A DNA stretch of 64,000 nucleotides from Euryarchaeota archaeon UBA19 (GCA_002502175.1 DAPQ01000060.1:7784-71783), one strand, 5' to 3'. Numbered from the stretch's first letter, positions 9,829-19,663 are shown. A program made the numbers and translations. Notes: generated from the letters alone by a model not told the origin.

Positions 9829-10535
9829 CGGAATTCCAGAAGTGAGGTTTGACCAAACGGCAATTGTGCCCAAATCATTTCCCTATCAAGGGACAAAAGG
9901 TGTAATCTCTTTCTTGCCAAACCACCATTAGATTTTTTCGAGCGTGGTTCATCAATCCTAAGTATATCATCTGTAAATTGTCTCAGAATCTCGCGCATAT
10001 CCTTGCTTAACGGTGGTGATGAATTACGACTTGATGTGAGAACCACCAAGGAATTCGAATCTTTACTAATATCCCTACATCGTTGAAGTGTTGCCTTCAA
10101 CAAAGAGCGTCCCTCCGATTTCTTAAGTTGAGCATCCATAAACATCCTAGGTATTTGTGAAATCACGATTATTCTTCCCTCTATCAGTCTATTCGGTGAA
10201 TTTTTTGATCCGGCTTCATTAGACAGTCGTTGAATAATCGACGCTGTTTGGTGAGCTGTGAAACCACGACATATATGGAAATTCGACAATACTTCACGAT
10301 TTTTACAACCTCGTATTCGCAACAAAGGAAGAAGAGGGGAAGGGTCGAATGCCATCCCTCCATCAATCCAATGTACTGGTATAGATTCAGACAAATCGTT
10401 AGCAACCATTCGTAATAACGCACCTTGGAATTCCTTTCTATGTTGATCAATAAGAAGGACAGAGGGCACCTTTGGTTTTGGTAATACTAGATCTATTGCT
10501 GAATCACCCCAAGAAATACTCGTTGGCCGAGACAT
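9714..10535 (-). CDS. Inactive RadA/RecA-fold protein associated with PolB2
   Basis: HWIDGGMAFDP and ICRGFTAHQ RadA-like segments; no Walker A; PIP-like QTSLLEF. Confidence 0.7.
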   Translation of the reverse strand: MSRPTSISWGDSAIDLVLPKPKVPSVLLIDQHRKEFQGALLRMVANDLSESIPVHWIDGGMAFDPSPLLPLLRIRGCKNREVLSNFHICRGFTAHQTASIIQRLSNEAGSKNSPNRLIEGRIIVISQIPRMFMDAQLKKSEGRSLLKATLQRCRDISKDSNSLVVLTSSRNSSPPLSKDMREILRQFTDDILRIDEPRSKKSNGGLARKRLHLLSLDREMIWAQLPFGQTSLLEFRHIQTSRLDCLFEPAVTTSSFQPKGDSIEVAARTASGV

Positions 10536-10612
10536 AGTCTGAAGGCAATACAAATCACCTATCAATCAGCCAACGAGAGAGAGGTATTGAGTCGGTTAGT
10601 GAAAGTAATGCT

Positions 10613-12634
10613 TCACAATAATTGAGATTCGTCGTCTTCGTTTGTAGGTTGATTTTGGTTAATTGGTTTAGGATTGGATGTAGGCATCAATGAAATCGCG
10701 AGTAAAACGAAAATAACCATGATTGCATTGCTAGGTTGAACGAGCCAAGAAAGAGGGCTATCCCCGTTAAATGATGATTGTGCAGTAAGTGTAACAGGAA
10801 CTCTTTGTTCTAGTCCAAAGGAGTCGACGAAAACGATTTCACCTTCTGCAATCATACCTGGATTCAATAATCCATCAGGGACTATGTTTAGGACGATTTC
10901 AGGGCATGCTTGTAATTCACCAGCGGTTTGGACTGTGGCTATTCGAGAGAGTGCTCCCTCGACTGCGATAGAGTATGTTCGTGAACCTTCACCCAAGCAA
11001 GATGTGGATAGTTTGAGCTGGGAGTTTTCATCCCAAGGAATAACCGCAGTAAGGTGTTCCGAAGTGATTCTATGACCTATGGAATACCAGTCTAAGTCAA
11101 TTTGCCAATTCTCTTCCCCTTCACAACCAATTGTGCCTCGAAGATATCCTGAACCCTGAGCCATTTGGTTGGCGGTAGCAAGTTCTACTGTAGATTCCCC
11201 TTGCTCAATTGAAACGATTCTTGGAGCGAACCCTTCTGAATTGGTTGAAGTATAGACGTCAATTTCTAATTGACAAGGAGTTTCTGCAAATACTGTGGCA
11301 AAAATTGTTTCTTGTCCGAGAATTTCCAAAGGACCTCTAGGAGGCAATACATCGACAGTCGTAGGATTTTCAGGATAATCGAAATTAATTGTTGTCTCTT
11401 CAGAATTGATACTCTCAATTGTCGCTGTCCATTGTACCAAACGACCTCGACTATCTCGTATTTGCATGCCATTTGCTCCCAATTGATCTCCTTGGGTAAA
11501 AGCGTCCCCGGGTGCGCCACTATCTCGGCCTCGTTGCAAGGCCGCATCGCCATCCGCTTCGAGAATTTTCAGCCACGCCTTTTCCGGGTCCGTGTTGACA
11601 AGGTTGTTACCTTCATCGCCATTATTTTGATCTTGAATTTCGACAATGACTCCATGGCCAGGCAGGGCCGAATCGAATCCCGAATTGACTCTAAGTGTGA
11701 ATCGGACCCATTCATTTGGTGCAATTGGAATTTCAAGGTATGAACCTCCTTGAGATATTCCTTGGATAGTATAATTGGAAAAATTCGGATCTACCTGAAT
11801 ACCTCGCTTGACCCCAATTAGGTCAAGAGTAGAGGAGGAGGGCAGGGCAGGTATTGCACCATTGCCGTTCCAATTACCACTAGCCATTATCCCCCAGTCA
11901 CCAATGCCATTCCAATTACTGGTTGGCAAATCGCTGTGAACATCATACAAATCTAAAGCACCCATTTGGTGTAACATTTCATGCACAACTGTACCTACAC
12001 CAGAATGTACTGAAGCGATTGTGAAGTGTTCAATTCTCCAATCTCCAATTTCTAATGGTTCTTGCATTCCTGTGAAGTGGCTCCAAAGTGAATCAGTGCC
12101 ACCATTCATTTCCTGAGGTTGTGCAGAGTGCAGAATTAGTATTCTGTCGATTACTCCATCCGAGTTCGGGTCCCAATTGGAAAGGTCAATTCCTTGTAGT
12201 TGGTCTGAGGCAACATCACGAAGCAAAGTTTCAGCCCCATTCCCATCTGCACCATGATCTCTCTCTCCGGCAACATCTTCACCCCAATTTTTGACTCCAT
12301 ATGGTGCTTGCCAAACTTCGTCAAATAATGTCACTGATAATGACGAAGACCCAGCAGTCATTTGGTCAATGTATTCCTCAGCAGAACCATCTCCGATTAG
12401 AATATCTGAGGCGGTTGTAGTTGAAAATTGGTCATTCGGAAATTCAACTTGAAGGACTAACCATTGTTCATCAATCTGAACTCCCAATAATGGAAGCCCA
12501 CTATCGTCATCATTGGACACTCGATTGGAGGCCCAATTATCGACCATATCGGAATTAAAATGCACATATATGGCACCTAGCAACAACAAAGCCACTAGCC
12601 CTGCCCTAAGTCCCTTCATACCGATATCGAACAT
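10613..12634 (-). CDS. M6-family (immune inhibitor A-like) membrane-anchored metalloprotease; start 12634 or 12619
   Basis: VVHEMLHQMGALDLYD, GDWGIMASGNW; N- and C-terminal TM segments. Confidence 0.85.
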   Translation of the reverse strand: MFDIGMKGLRAGLVALLLLGAIYVHFNSDMVDNWASNRVSNDDDSGLPLLGVQIDEQWLVLQVEFPNDQFSTTTASDILIGDGSAEEYIDQMTAGSSSLSVTLFDEVWQAPYGVKNWGEDVAGERDHGADGNGAETLLRDVASDQLQGIDLSNWDPNSDGVIDRILILHSAQPQEMNGGTDSLWSHFTGMQEPLEIGDWRIEHFTIASVHSGVGTVVHEMLHQMGALDLYDVHSDLPTSNWNGIGDWGIMASGNWNGNGAIPALPSSSTLDLIGVKRGIQVDPNFSNYTIQGISQGGSYLEIPIAPNEWVRFTLRVNSGFDSALPGHGVIVEIQDQNNGDEGNNLVNTDPEKAWLKILEADGDAALQRGRDSGAPGDAFTQGDQLGANGMQIRDSRGRLVQWTATIESINSEETTINFDYPENPTTVDVLPPRGPLEILGQETIFATVFAETPCQLEIDVYTSTNSEGFAPRIVSIEQGESTVELATANQMAQGSGYLRGTIGCEGEENWQIDLDWYSIGHRITSEHLTAVIPWDENSQLKLSTSCLGEGSRTYSIAVEGALSRIATVQTAGELQACPEIVLNIVPDGLLNPGMIAEGEIVFVDSFGLEQRVPVTLTAQSSFNGDSPLSWLVQPSNAIMVIFVLLAISLMPTSNPKPINQNQPTNEDDESQLL

Positions 12635-12683
12635 CTCCGTTCCCTTGAAGGGAACGGATTGTTGAATTGTCTTCGCTTCAATT

Positions 12684-13790
12684 TCAAGGCAATCTACGAT
12701 ATTCTGACGAGTAAAACTGCAAAGATTGTTTTCTCCAGTTTGGTAAATTAGAATTGTCTTCATCTAACCAATTTAGTCCGTCTAATTCAGTTTGATTGGA
12801 TTCAATGTAAGAGCGAATATCGATTGGTAAAGGATATCCATTACATCCAGTGATAGTCAAGCGAGTGAGTGAATTGCGTTGCACCATTTCTCTCAATGCC
12901 AATTGTTCATTTTCGTCCAAACATAGCGCACTTGGTCGTAGAATTGGTATTTTTTGGTGCAACCAATTTTCCTTAAATGACGGGCAAGCCCCATCACATG
13001 AACAGTCAACTAAAGCTATTTTTTGAATAGTACCATCTTTGTTGACAAACTGGGTAAATTCTGGATTACGCGGTCCCAATGGACCTTTTGGCACTGTTCT
13101 AGATATTACCTCAGCAGTTACCAATACTAATATTGCAATCAAAATTCTAAGTCCCTCGAAAATTTCTGGTAGGGTCAAAATTAGCAAACCACCGACAATA
13201 GCAAAGACTCGGTTTCTAAATCTACTCCGGCCTTCTTCAACCAAACCAAATAATCTTGAGAGGGAAAGGAATAGTGTAGAAGTAAATGTAAGAATTAAGA
13301 TCCAAGAAATACCACTAGCCAAAGAAAATAACTCTGATGCGTCATATCTCGGAGTGACTGAAGAAATAGAGTCTAGTTGAATACCTGCTTCGATGTAATA
13401 AGGAATCATACTAAACCATACCCAATACAAAATGCTCGGAACAATTATTGCATTCAAAATCAAGTATGTATCTAGCCACCTCTTCTCATTAGGTAGAAGT
13501 CCTGCATTGGCGAAAAATCTCAAATCGAGAGAAAAAAATGGAAGTGAAATGACAGATGCAATAATGATTACAGCCATGAATCTCATTTCTATCCAATCAT
13601 AAGGACCATAGACAGATAGAGCGCCTGAGGGTGACTGAGAAAGGCTCCAATTATTGAGGATTGTTTCGACCCAAATTGTTGTTACTGCAGAAGCAATAAG
13701 AAATACAAACGCACTCCTTCGGATTAAAGAGTGTAAATCTTCCAAATGGCTAGTGACCGGTTTACGGTCTACTAGACTACTGTTTGACAT
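12684..13790 (-). CDS. tatC: Twin-arginine translocase TatC with an extra C-terminal Cys-rich domain
   Basis: PVTSHLEDL, GPYDWI, FANAGLLPNEKRW, about 6 TM helices; soluble tail with CSCDGAC...LC...GC. Confidence 0.75.
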   Translation of the reverse strand: MSNSSLVDRKPVTSHLEDLHSLIRRSAFVFLIASAVTTIWVETILNNWSLSQSPSGALSVYGPYDWIEMRFMAVIIIASVISLPFFSLDLRFFANAGLLPNEKRWLDTYLILNAIIVPSILYWVWFSMIPYYIEAGIQLDSISSVTPRYDASELFSLASGISWILILTFTSTLFLSLSRLFGLVEEGRSRFRNRVFAIVGGLLILTLPEIFEGLRILIAILVLVTAEVISRTVPKGPLGPRNPEFTQFVNKDGTIQKIALVDCSCDGACPSFKENWLHQKIPILRPSALCLDENEQLALREMVQRNSLTRLTITGCNGYPLPIDIRSYIESNQTELDGLNWLDEDNSNLPNWRKQSLQFYSSEYRRLP

Positions 13791-13791
13791 T

Positions 13792-14784
13792 TTACATCAC
13801 ATCGTGGACGGTTGGCTCTGCTTTAGCCGAACGTACAGTTCGATACACCCCATATGAGGCCCAAGCGGCTATGAACCAAGCACATCCAATAACGAAGTCA
13901 TGTTGACCGCCGTTGGCAGACCAGTCGACTGCAAAGAAGAAGGCAATGACTGCAACTAGTCCACGCCTGACACCTTGTGGATAGGCCAATTCCATGGCTA
14001 AGTATTCCGGACCTGGGCCATGGCGTCTTTCGAGGATTTCCCGTTGGAACACGGCGCCTACGATTAGGGCGGTAAGGGAAGTCCAGTAAAACAGGTTACC
14101 ACTTTCAAATACTCTATCGGAAAGGTTCTTTTGTCGTTCTTTTTCTTTTTCAGCCTCACTTTCTTCAAGGACGAAGAGTGTTTGGTAATCACCAACAGCA
14201 ATTGTTCGAGTTTGCAAGGTTGCATCACCATCTCCCGCTGCAATAGTACCTGGTGGATTAATCGAAAAAGTCAGAACATTCCAGTAATCATACTCATTTG
14301 GAATCCCGTCTCCATTAACTGAATTTCCGGCTATACTGAAGAGTATTGTATCTGAATCAGATGATGGTGCGGTCCAAGTGATGGTCCAAACTCCATCACT
14401 GGTTTCTGAATGTGATATAGCATTTTCATCTCCATCAGCTTCTCTAATCTCTTGTGAATCATCCCAAGAGAAAGTCCCAGCGCCATTATCTGTTAGGAGG
14501 AATCCAGCTTTGGTGTTACCGTCCGCTCCAGCCAGAGTTACAGAATCAGCCACTGTGATTACAAACTCGTACGACTGATCTGATTCGTACATAACTGGGA
14601 CTCCTGAGACCATAACAACGGCTCTGTCACCCGGACTGGAATAATGACAAGTACACCCGTATTTGGCAGTCTCTTGATTATCTGAATTAAGATATGGTGG
14701 GCCACCGCTGTTGGCGAATGCTGGGATTGCTAGTAATCCTACTAGGCATAGAGCAACAACGAGCTTTGTTGGACGCACCATCAT
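13792..14784 (-). CDS. Reeler/choice-of-anchor V-like domain membrane protein with GCTCH motif
   Basis: Signal peptide, GCTCH, WTITWTAP, GNSVNGDG, three C-terminal TM helices; SD GGAGGT before ATG 14784. Confidence 0.7.
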   Translation of the reverse strand: MMVRPTKLVVALCLVGLLAIPAFANSGGPPYLNSDNQETAKYGCTCHYSSPGDRAVVMVSGVPVMYESDQSYEFVITVADSVTLAGADGNTKAGFLLTDNGAGTFSWDDSQEIREADGDENAISHSETSDGVWTITWTAPSSDSDTILFSIAGNSVNGDGIPNEYDYWNVLTFSINPPGTIAAGDGDATLQTRTIAVGDYQTLFVLEESEAEKEKERQKNLSDRVFESGNLFYWTSLTALIVGAVFQREILERRHGPGPEYLAMELAYPQGVRRGLVAVIAFFFAVDWSANGGQHDFVIGCAWFIAAWASYGVYRTVRSAKAEPTVHDVM

Positions 14785-14837
14785 CAAGACCTCCTGTTTT
14801 CGTTGCGACCTCGTCAAACACATAACCCTTGCTCGTT

Positions 14838-14856
14838 CGCCTCCCCTAGGGAGGCG
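14838..14856. repeat. Perfect GC-rich hairpin between pntB and the Reeler gene
   Basis: CGCCTCCC-CTA-GGGAGGCG, 8-bp inverted repeat. Confidence 0.6.
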
Positions 14857-14863
14857 GTGTAAT

Positions 14864-16294
14864 CTACAACTCCTTTACTGCGGCATTGAGTTCGTTCATC
14901 ATCTTCTTTCCATCACCGAATAGCATCATGGTTTTATCCATGTAAAATAAATCATTGTCTACTCCGGCATAGCCAACTGACAAACTTCTCTTGATGATTA
15001 CAACTGTTCGGGCCATGTCTGCGTCGATGATTGGCATTCCAGCGAGTGGACCTTCTTTTGTTCTAGCGGCAGGGTTACAGGTATCATTTGCTCCGATAAT
15101 TAGGGCTATATCTGCCTCTGGCATCTCAGGATTAATTTCATCCATTTCGATTAATTGATCGTAGGGGACATTAGCCTCGGCCAGTAGGACATTCATGTGG
15201 CCAGGCATTCTGCCTGCAACTGGATGGATTGCATACTTCACCTCGGTGTCAAATTTCTCTGATACTAAGTCTGCAAATTCCTTGACTTGGTGTTGACATT
15301 GGCTTACAGCCATACCATATCCAGGTACTATGATTACCTTCTGAGCACCATCAACCATCATCGCGACTTCGTCTGCGTCGCTTCCGACCTTTGTGCGAGT
15401 TAACTGTTCTTTATCAGACCCGCCAAACGCCTTGAAAAGAACATCAATTAGTTCTCTGTTCATGGCTTTACACATAATGAATGTTAGAATCAAACCACTG
15501 GCACCAACTAAGGAACCAGCGACTATCAAAACACTGTTAGAGATAATGAATCCAGTAAATGCTGCAGCAATACCAGATAGGGAATTTAGCAAGGATACGA
15601 CGACCGGCATATCCGCGCCACCGATAGGCAATACCAACAATATACCGAGTAGACATGAAATTCCAATTATCGCAAATAGGTAATTGGTCTCAGTAGGTTC
15701 TTGGATTGACATATAGATTAGAACTAATGTGCTGAGGAATAACAAAGCCTTGACGGGATTTAACCAAGACGGACCCCAGGTAGGTGTGCGAATCCATTTA
15801 CCAAATAATTCCACGCCACCCTTGAGTTTTAGCATAGCGAGTAAAGACCCGGTTAGCGTCATCCAACCAACCAATGCTGAAAGTCCGGCTGCGACTACCA
15901 TGACTTCTAGTTCGAGACCTGTAGGAATTTCTAGTGTATCATCCTCGATGTATTTCCAGGATTCTGACAGAGCCACCAAGGCTGATGCTGCACCACCAAA
16001 TCCATTGAACAAAGCGACCATTTCAGGCATCCCTGTCATCTCGACGCGGACAGCCATAACCCAACCGATTAAACCGCCTAGAAGTAATCCGCTTCCAATC
16101 AAAATCCAACCTTCAATACCATCTCCTAGTTCCATTTGTAGTACTGTTGTGAGAACCGCTACAAGCATCCCCATTGCGCCTAATTGATTTCCTCGAGGAG
16201 CTGTTCTAGGGTGGGATAATCTCTTCAAGCCGAAGATGAATAGAGTCGCCGAGAGCAGGTATCCAAGGCCAACCCATTGATCATCGATCATCAT
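14864..16294 (-). CDS. pntB: NAD(P) transhydrogenase subunit beta
   Basis: MTGMPEMVALFNGFGG, IGGADMPVVVSLLNS, PGYGMAV, HPVAGRMPGHMNVLLAEA. Confidence 0.97.
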   Translation of the reverse strand: MMIDDQWVGLGYLLSATLFIFGLKRLSHPRTAPRGNQLGAMGMLVAVLTTVLQMELGDGIEGWILIGSGLLLGGLIGWVMAVRVEMTGMPEMVALFNGFGGAASALVALSESWKYIEDDTLEIPTGLELEVMVVAAGLSALVGWMTLTGSLLAMLKLKGGVELFGKWIRTPTWGPSWLNPVKALLFLSTLVLIYMSIQEPTETNYLFAIIGISCLLGILLVLPIGGADMPVVVSLLNSLSGIAAAFTGFIISNSVLIVAGSLVGASGLILTFIMCKAMNRELIDVLFKAFGGSDKEQLTRTKVGSDADEVAMMVDGAQKVIIVPGYGMAVSQCQHQVKEFADLVSEKFDTEVKYAIHPVAGRMPGHMNVLLAEANVPYDQLIEMDEINPEMPEADIALIIGANDTCNPAARTKEGPLAGMPIIDADMARTVVIIKRSLSVGYAGVDNDLFYMDKTMMLFGDGKKMMNELNAAVKEL

Positions 16295-16602
16295 TGACCA
16301 CCCCTTTTCTTTCCAGCTATCATATTCAACATTCGATTAGTTACTGCGAATCCTCCAACTACGTTGATCATCGCGAGTACTAATGCTATGAAGGCAAGGA
16401 TTCCACTGACTACTGTGTCGCCACCTTCGTAGGCGACATTCGCCCCTAACAGAGCACCAACTATACTGATTCCAGAAATAGCATTAGCTCCACTCATTAG
16501 TGGGGTATGAAGAGTGGCGGGGACTTTGGTGATAAGTTCGAATCCTAAGAAAATAGACATTACAAAAAGCGTTACTGAACCAATTAAAACCGTAGGCTCC
16601 AT
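16291..16602 (-). CDS. pntA2: NAD(P) transhydrogenase subunit alpha, part 2 (membrane)
   Basis: VPATLHTPLMSGANAISG, INVVGGFAVTNRML. Confidence 0.95.
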   Translation of the reverse strand: MEPTVLIGSVTLFVMSIFLGFELITKVPATLHTPLMSGANAISGISIVGALLGANVAYEGGDTVVSGILAFIALVLAMINVVGGFAVTNRMLNMIAGKKRGGQ

Positions 16603-17762
16603 TACAACACACCTCCTAGTTTGCTCTGTTTAGGATGTATTTTTCCATCTGAACATATCAAAACCCCTCCCATTCCAGGGACGTAGAAATCATCTCCTTC
16701 AGGAGCACCTACTAATACATCGTCTTCATCTGAAATTACTAACTCGCCATCAATAAATATCGATGTAATGAAAGTGGTAAGGTTGTTTGAATACAACATG
16801 GAGGCTGTGTTTGCCAACGTGCCTGGGAGATTTCTCACTCCGATTATTGTTACACCGTTTTCTGTGACAACTGTTTCACCCGCAACTGTATCTTCACAAT
16901 TCCCTCCGACATCAGCATTCATGTCAACAATAACAGCACCGGACTTGAATGATTCAACAGCACTACTCGGTACTGTGATAGGTGCTGGCCTTCCAAAAAT
17001 TCTGGCAGTGGTTACAATGATGTCGGCATCGGAAGCGACTCCGCAAACTGTGTCATTGACTTTCTGAATGAACTCCGGAGTGAGTGGTTTTGCATAACCA
17101 GCTTCATCTTCGAAATCATCCATACCATCAACCTCAATGAATCTCCCCCCAACAGACTCTATCTGTTCTGCGGCTGACTTCCTCACATCGGAAGCATAGA
17201 CAATTGCGCCAAGTCTCTTTGCGGTTGCAATGGCTTGTAAACCAGCAACGCCACTACCCATAATCACAACTTTCGCTGGCCTCACAGTTCCTGCAGAAGT
17301 GGTCATCATCGGGATTCCCTTTGGTACTGAGGCGGCGCCCAAGAGTACCGCTTTGTATCCTGCCAGATTGTCTTGACTTGAATTTACATCCATGGATTGT
17401 GCTCTTGACAACCTTCGAGGAATCATATCCATCGACAGAAGGGTGATTCCTGCATCCAAGCAAGCCTGAACTTTTTCAGGATGACGAAACGGATCGGCCA
17501 CGCAAGCGATGACCTGACCCGCATGAAGTTCAGAGACATCTGGTAAGTGAACGGAAATAATTAGCGGAGATTTTAGGACTTCAAGTCTGTTTGAGATAAT
17601 TGCTCCGTTTTCTTCGTATTCGGAATCATAATGATTTGCGGAAATGCCAGCATTAGATTCCACCACTACTTCAAACCCAGACTTACTTAATTTACGAAGC
17701 GATTTCGGCACGATTGCAACCCTTGTTTCGCCTTCAGGTTCCTTCAACACACCTAGTCTCAT
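16602..17762 (-). CDS. pntA1: NAD(P) transhydrogenase subunit alpha, part 1 (NAD-binding)
   Basis: GETRVA, RAQSMDVNSSQ, GSGVAGLQAIATAKRLGA, GGNCE. Confidence 0.95.
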   Translation of the reverse strand: MRLGVLKEPEGETRVAIVPKSLRKLSKSGFEVVVESNAGISANHYDSEYEENGAIISNRLEVLKSPLIISVHLPDVSELHAGQVIACVADPFRHPEKVQACLDAGITLLSMDMIPRRLSRAQSMDVNSSQDNLAGYKAVLLGAASVPKGIPMMTTSAGTVRPAKVVIMGSGVAGLQAIATAKRLGAIVYASDVRKSAAEQIESVGGRFIEVDGMDDFEDEAGYAKPLTPEFIQKVNDTVCGVASDADIIVTTARIFGRPAPITVPSSAVESFKSGAVIVDMNADVGGNCEDTVAGETVVTENGVTIIGVRNLPGTLANTASMLYSNNLTTFITSIFIDGELVISDEDDVLVGAPEGDDFYVPGMGGVLICSDGKIHPKQSKLGGVL

Positions 17763-17876
17763 ACAAGTCCCTCGGTTCCTAATGAGCCATAGGCTCATGT
17801 CAGGTAAGCATTGCGAGCGGAATTAGATTATTGAATGAAACGGAATAGTCGCCTCATCAAAAATATAGCAACCAAA

Positions 17877-18560
17877 TTAGAACAGAATAACATAAGCAAT
17901 TCCGAAGACCGCCACATCGGCAATAGCATGAGATATCCAGCAGAGGAAAAGTGAGCGGTGACGTAGCCACAATAATGACCAAATCGCTCCAGCAATAAAT
18001 ATACCAATACTGGAAATTACATTTTGCCAAGGCTCAAAATAATAGCCCAACAATACCGTGTGGTGTAAAGTAAAGATTGCCGCTGAAAGTAATACTGTAA
18101 CCGATTCTCGGCCTGTAAATTCAAGGATTCGATCTCCGATAAATTGTCGGAAGACAAATTCTTCCACTAGACTATTGATAGTTATCCAATAGAAAACCCC
18201 GAGGAAAAATATGTGAGGATTCAATAATCCAGTACCTCCGATTTCCTGCTTCATCAAATCCACGTCAAGCGTATCACCAAAGATTAGGAAAATAATCCCA
18301 ACAGCAAGAAAAATTAGGATTCCTGAAACTATTGATTGGTACATTCCTTTAGAATTGATTTCACCCAATGAAAACCGACTTTCTTCAATCCGATATATCC
18401 AATATATCGGTATCAGAATAATCCATAATTTCGCAAAAATAAAGAATATTTGAGACTGTAATTCGGATTCACTCCATGAAAAGGAGAATAGAACTGAAAC
18501 AGTAGGCATTATTGAGACAAGAAACAGGACAAATATTGACAGATGACCTTTCTGCATCAA
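17877..18560 (-). CDS. CPBP (Abi/CAAX) family intramembrane metalloprotease
   Basis: EEFVFR, FTLHH, SHAIAD motifs; multiple TM helices. Confidence 0.85.
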   Translation of the reverse strand: MMQKGHLSIFVLFLVSIMPTVSVLFSFSWSESELQSQIFFIFAKLWIILIPIYWIYRIEESRFSLGEINSKGMYQSIVSGILIFLAVGIIFLIFGDTLDVDLMKQEIGGTGLLNPHIFFLGVFYWITINSLVEEFVFRQFIGDRILEFTGRESVTVLLSAAIFTLHHTVLLGYYFEPWQNVISSIGIFIAGAIWSLLWLRHRSLFLCWISHAIADVAVFGIAYVILF

Positions 18561-18667
18561 CCCGTCTAATTCCCTGTATGTGATTAGTATTAGGGCGGCA
18601 TACGACGAACCTAACGCTCACTAAAGGCTAAGCGTGTAATTCTAATCCCGCATATTGAGGATAACAA

Positions 18668-19663
18668 ATGCAAACTACGCAAGAGGGAGAAAAAGCAGCA
18701 ATAAGGGTCGCCATTACTGGAGCTGCTGGTAACATCGGCTATGCTTTATTGTGGAGAATTGCTAGTGGTGATTGCTTTGGAAATAATCAACCCGTAATTT
18801 TACAGTTGCTAGAAATCCCACCAGGAATGCAACGACTTGATGGAGTAATCATGGAACTACGAGATTCTGCTTTCCCATTGGTACACGACATTATTGGCAC
18901 CGACGATCCAGAGGTTGCGTTTAGTGATGCAGATGCAATTTTCCTAGTCGGTTCGCGTCCACGGACCAAGGATATGGATCGTGCAGATCTCGTCGCTGCT
19001 AACGGGCCCATTTTCGTGGGCCAAGGAAAAGCAATAGATGCTGTTGCATCACCTAATGTCAAAGTCATCACCGTAGGTAATCCATGCAATACGAATGCAC
19101 TAATTGCATCGGCAAACGCTGCAAGTATCCCTAGTAGACAATTCACCGCCATGACTAGGCTTGATCAAAACCGTGCGGTTGGGCAAATCGCGGAACAGGC
19201 TCGCGTTCCAGCATCGAAGGTAGAAGACGTATTCATTTGGGGTAATCACTCAAACACTATGTATCCAGATCCAAGGTTTGCAAGGGTAGGCAATGAGTCC
19301 GTTACTGATTTATTCGATAATGAATGGTTACAAGGCGCCTTCCTAGATACTGTAGCAACCCGTGGTAAGGCAATTATCGTAGCACGTGGTGCTTCTTCCG
19401 CCGCATCAGCTGCTTCCGCTGCGGTAGACCACATGAGAGACTGGTGGCAAGGTTCCAATGGCCGGATTGTATCCATGGCACTACCATCAGAAGGATGGTA
19501 CGGAGTTCCAGAAGGCTTAGTGTTTAGTTTCCCTTGCCGATGCGAAGGTGGAGAAATTAACGTGGTTGAAGATTTACCTATTGATGAATTCGCCCAAACC
19601 AAGATAGATGAAAATGTCAAAGCTCTACTCGAGGAACGGGATGCGGTAAGTGAGTTGTTGTAA
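18668..19663 (+). CDS. mdh: Malate dehydrogenase (MDH type 2, bacterial-like)
   Basis: [47 protein letters not shown]. Confidence 0.95.
   Translation: MQTTQEGEKAAIRVAITGAAGNIGYALLWRIASGDCFGNNQPVILQLLEIPPGMQRLDGVIMELRDSAFPLVHDIIGTDDPEVAFSDADAIFLVGSRPRTKDMDRADLVAANGPIFVGQGKAIDAVASPNVKVITVGNPCNTNALIASANAASIPSRQFTAMTRLDQNRAVGQIAEQARVPASKVEDVFIWGNHSNTMYPDPRFARVGNESVTDLFDNEWLQGAFLDTVATRGKAIIVARGASSAASAASAAVDHMRDWWQGSNGRIVSMALPSEGWYGVPEGLVFSFPCRCEGGEINVVEDLPIDEFAQTKIDENVKALLEERDAVSELL

Noticed and set aside
12634-12763. Apparent 80-bp overlap of the M6 protease with tatC, and other long ORF-track N-termini (6039, 45628, 60847, 34045)
   Set aside because: Artefacts of longest-ORF calling; downstream ATGs give SD, signal-peptide or family-consistent starts
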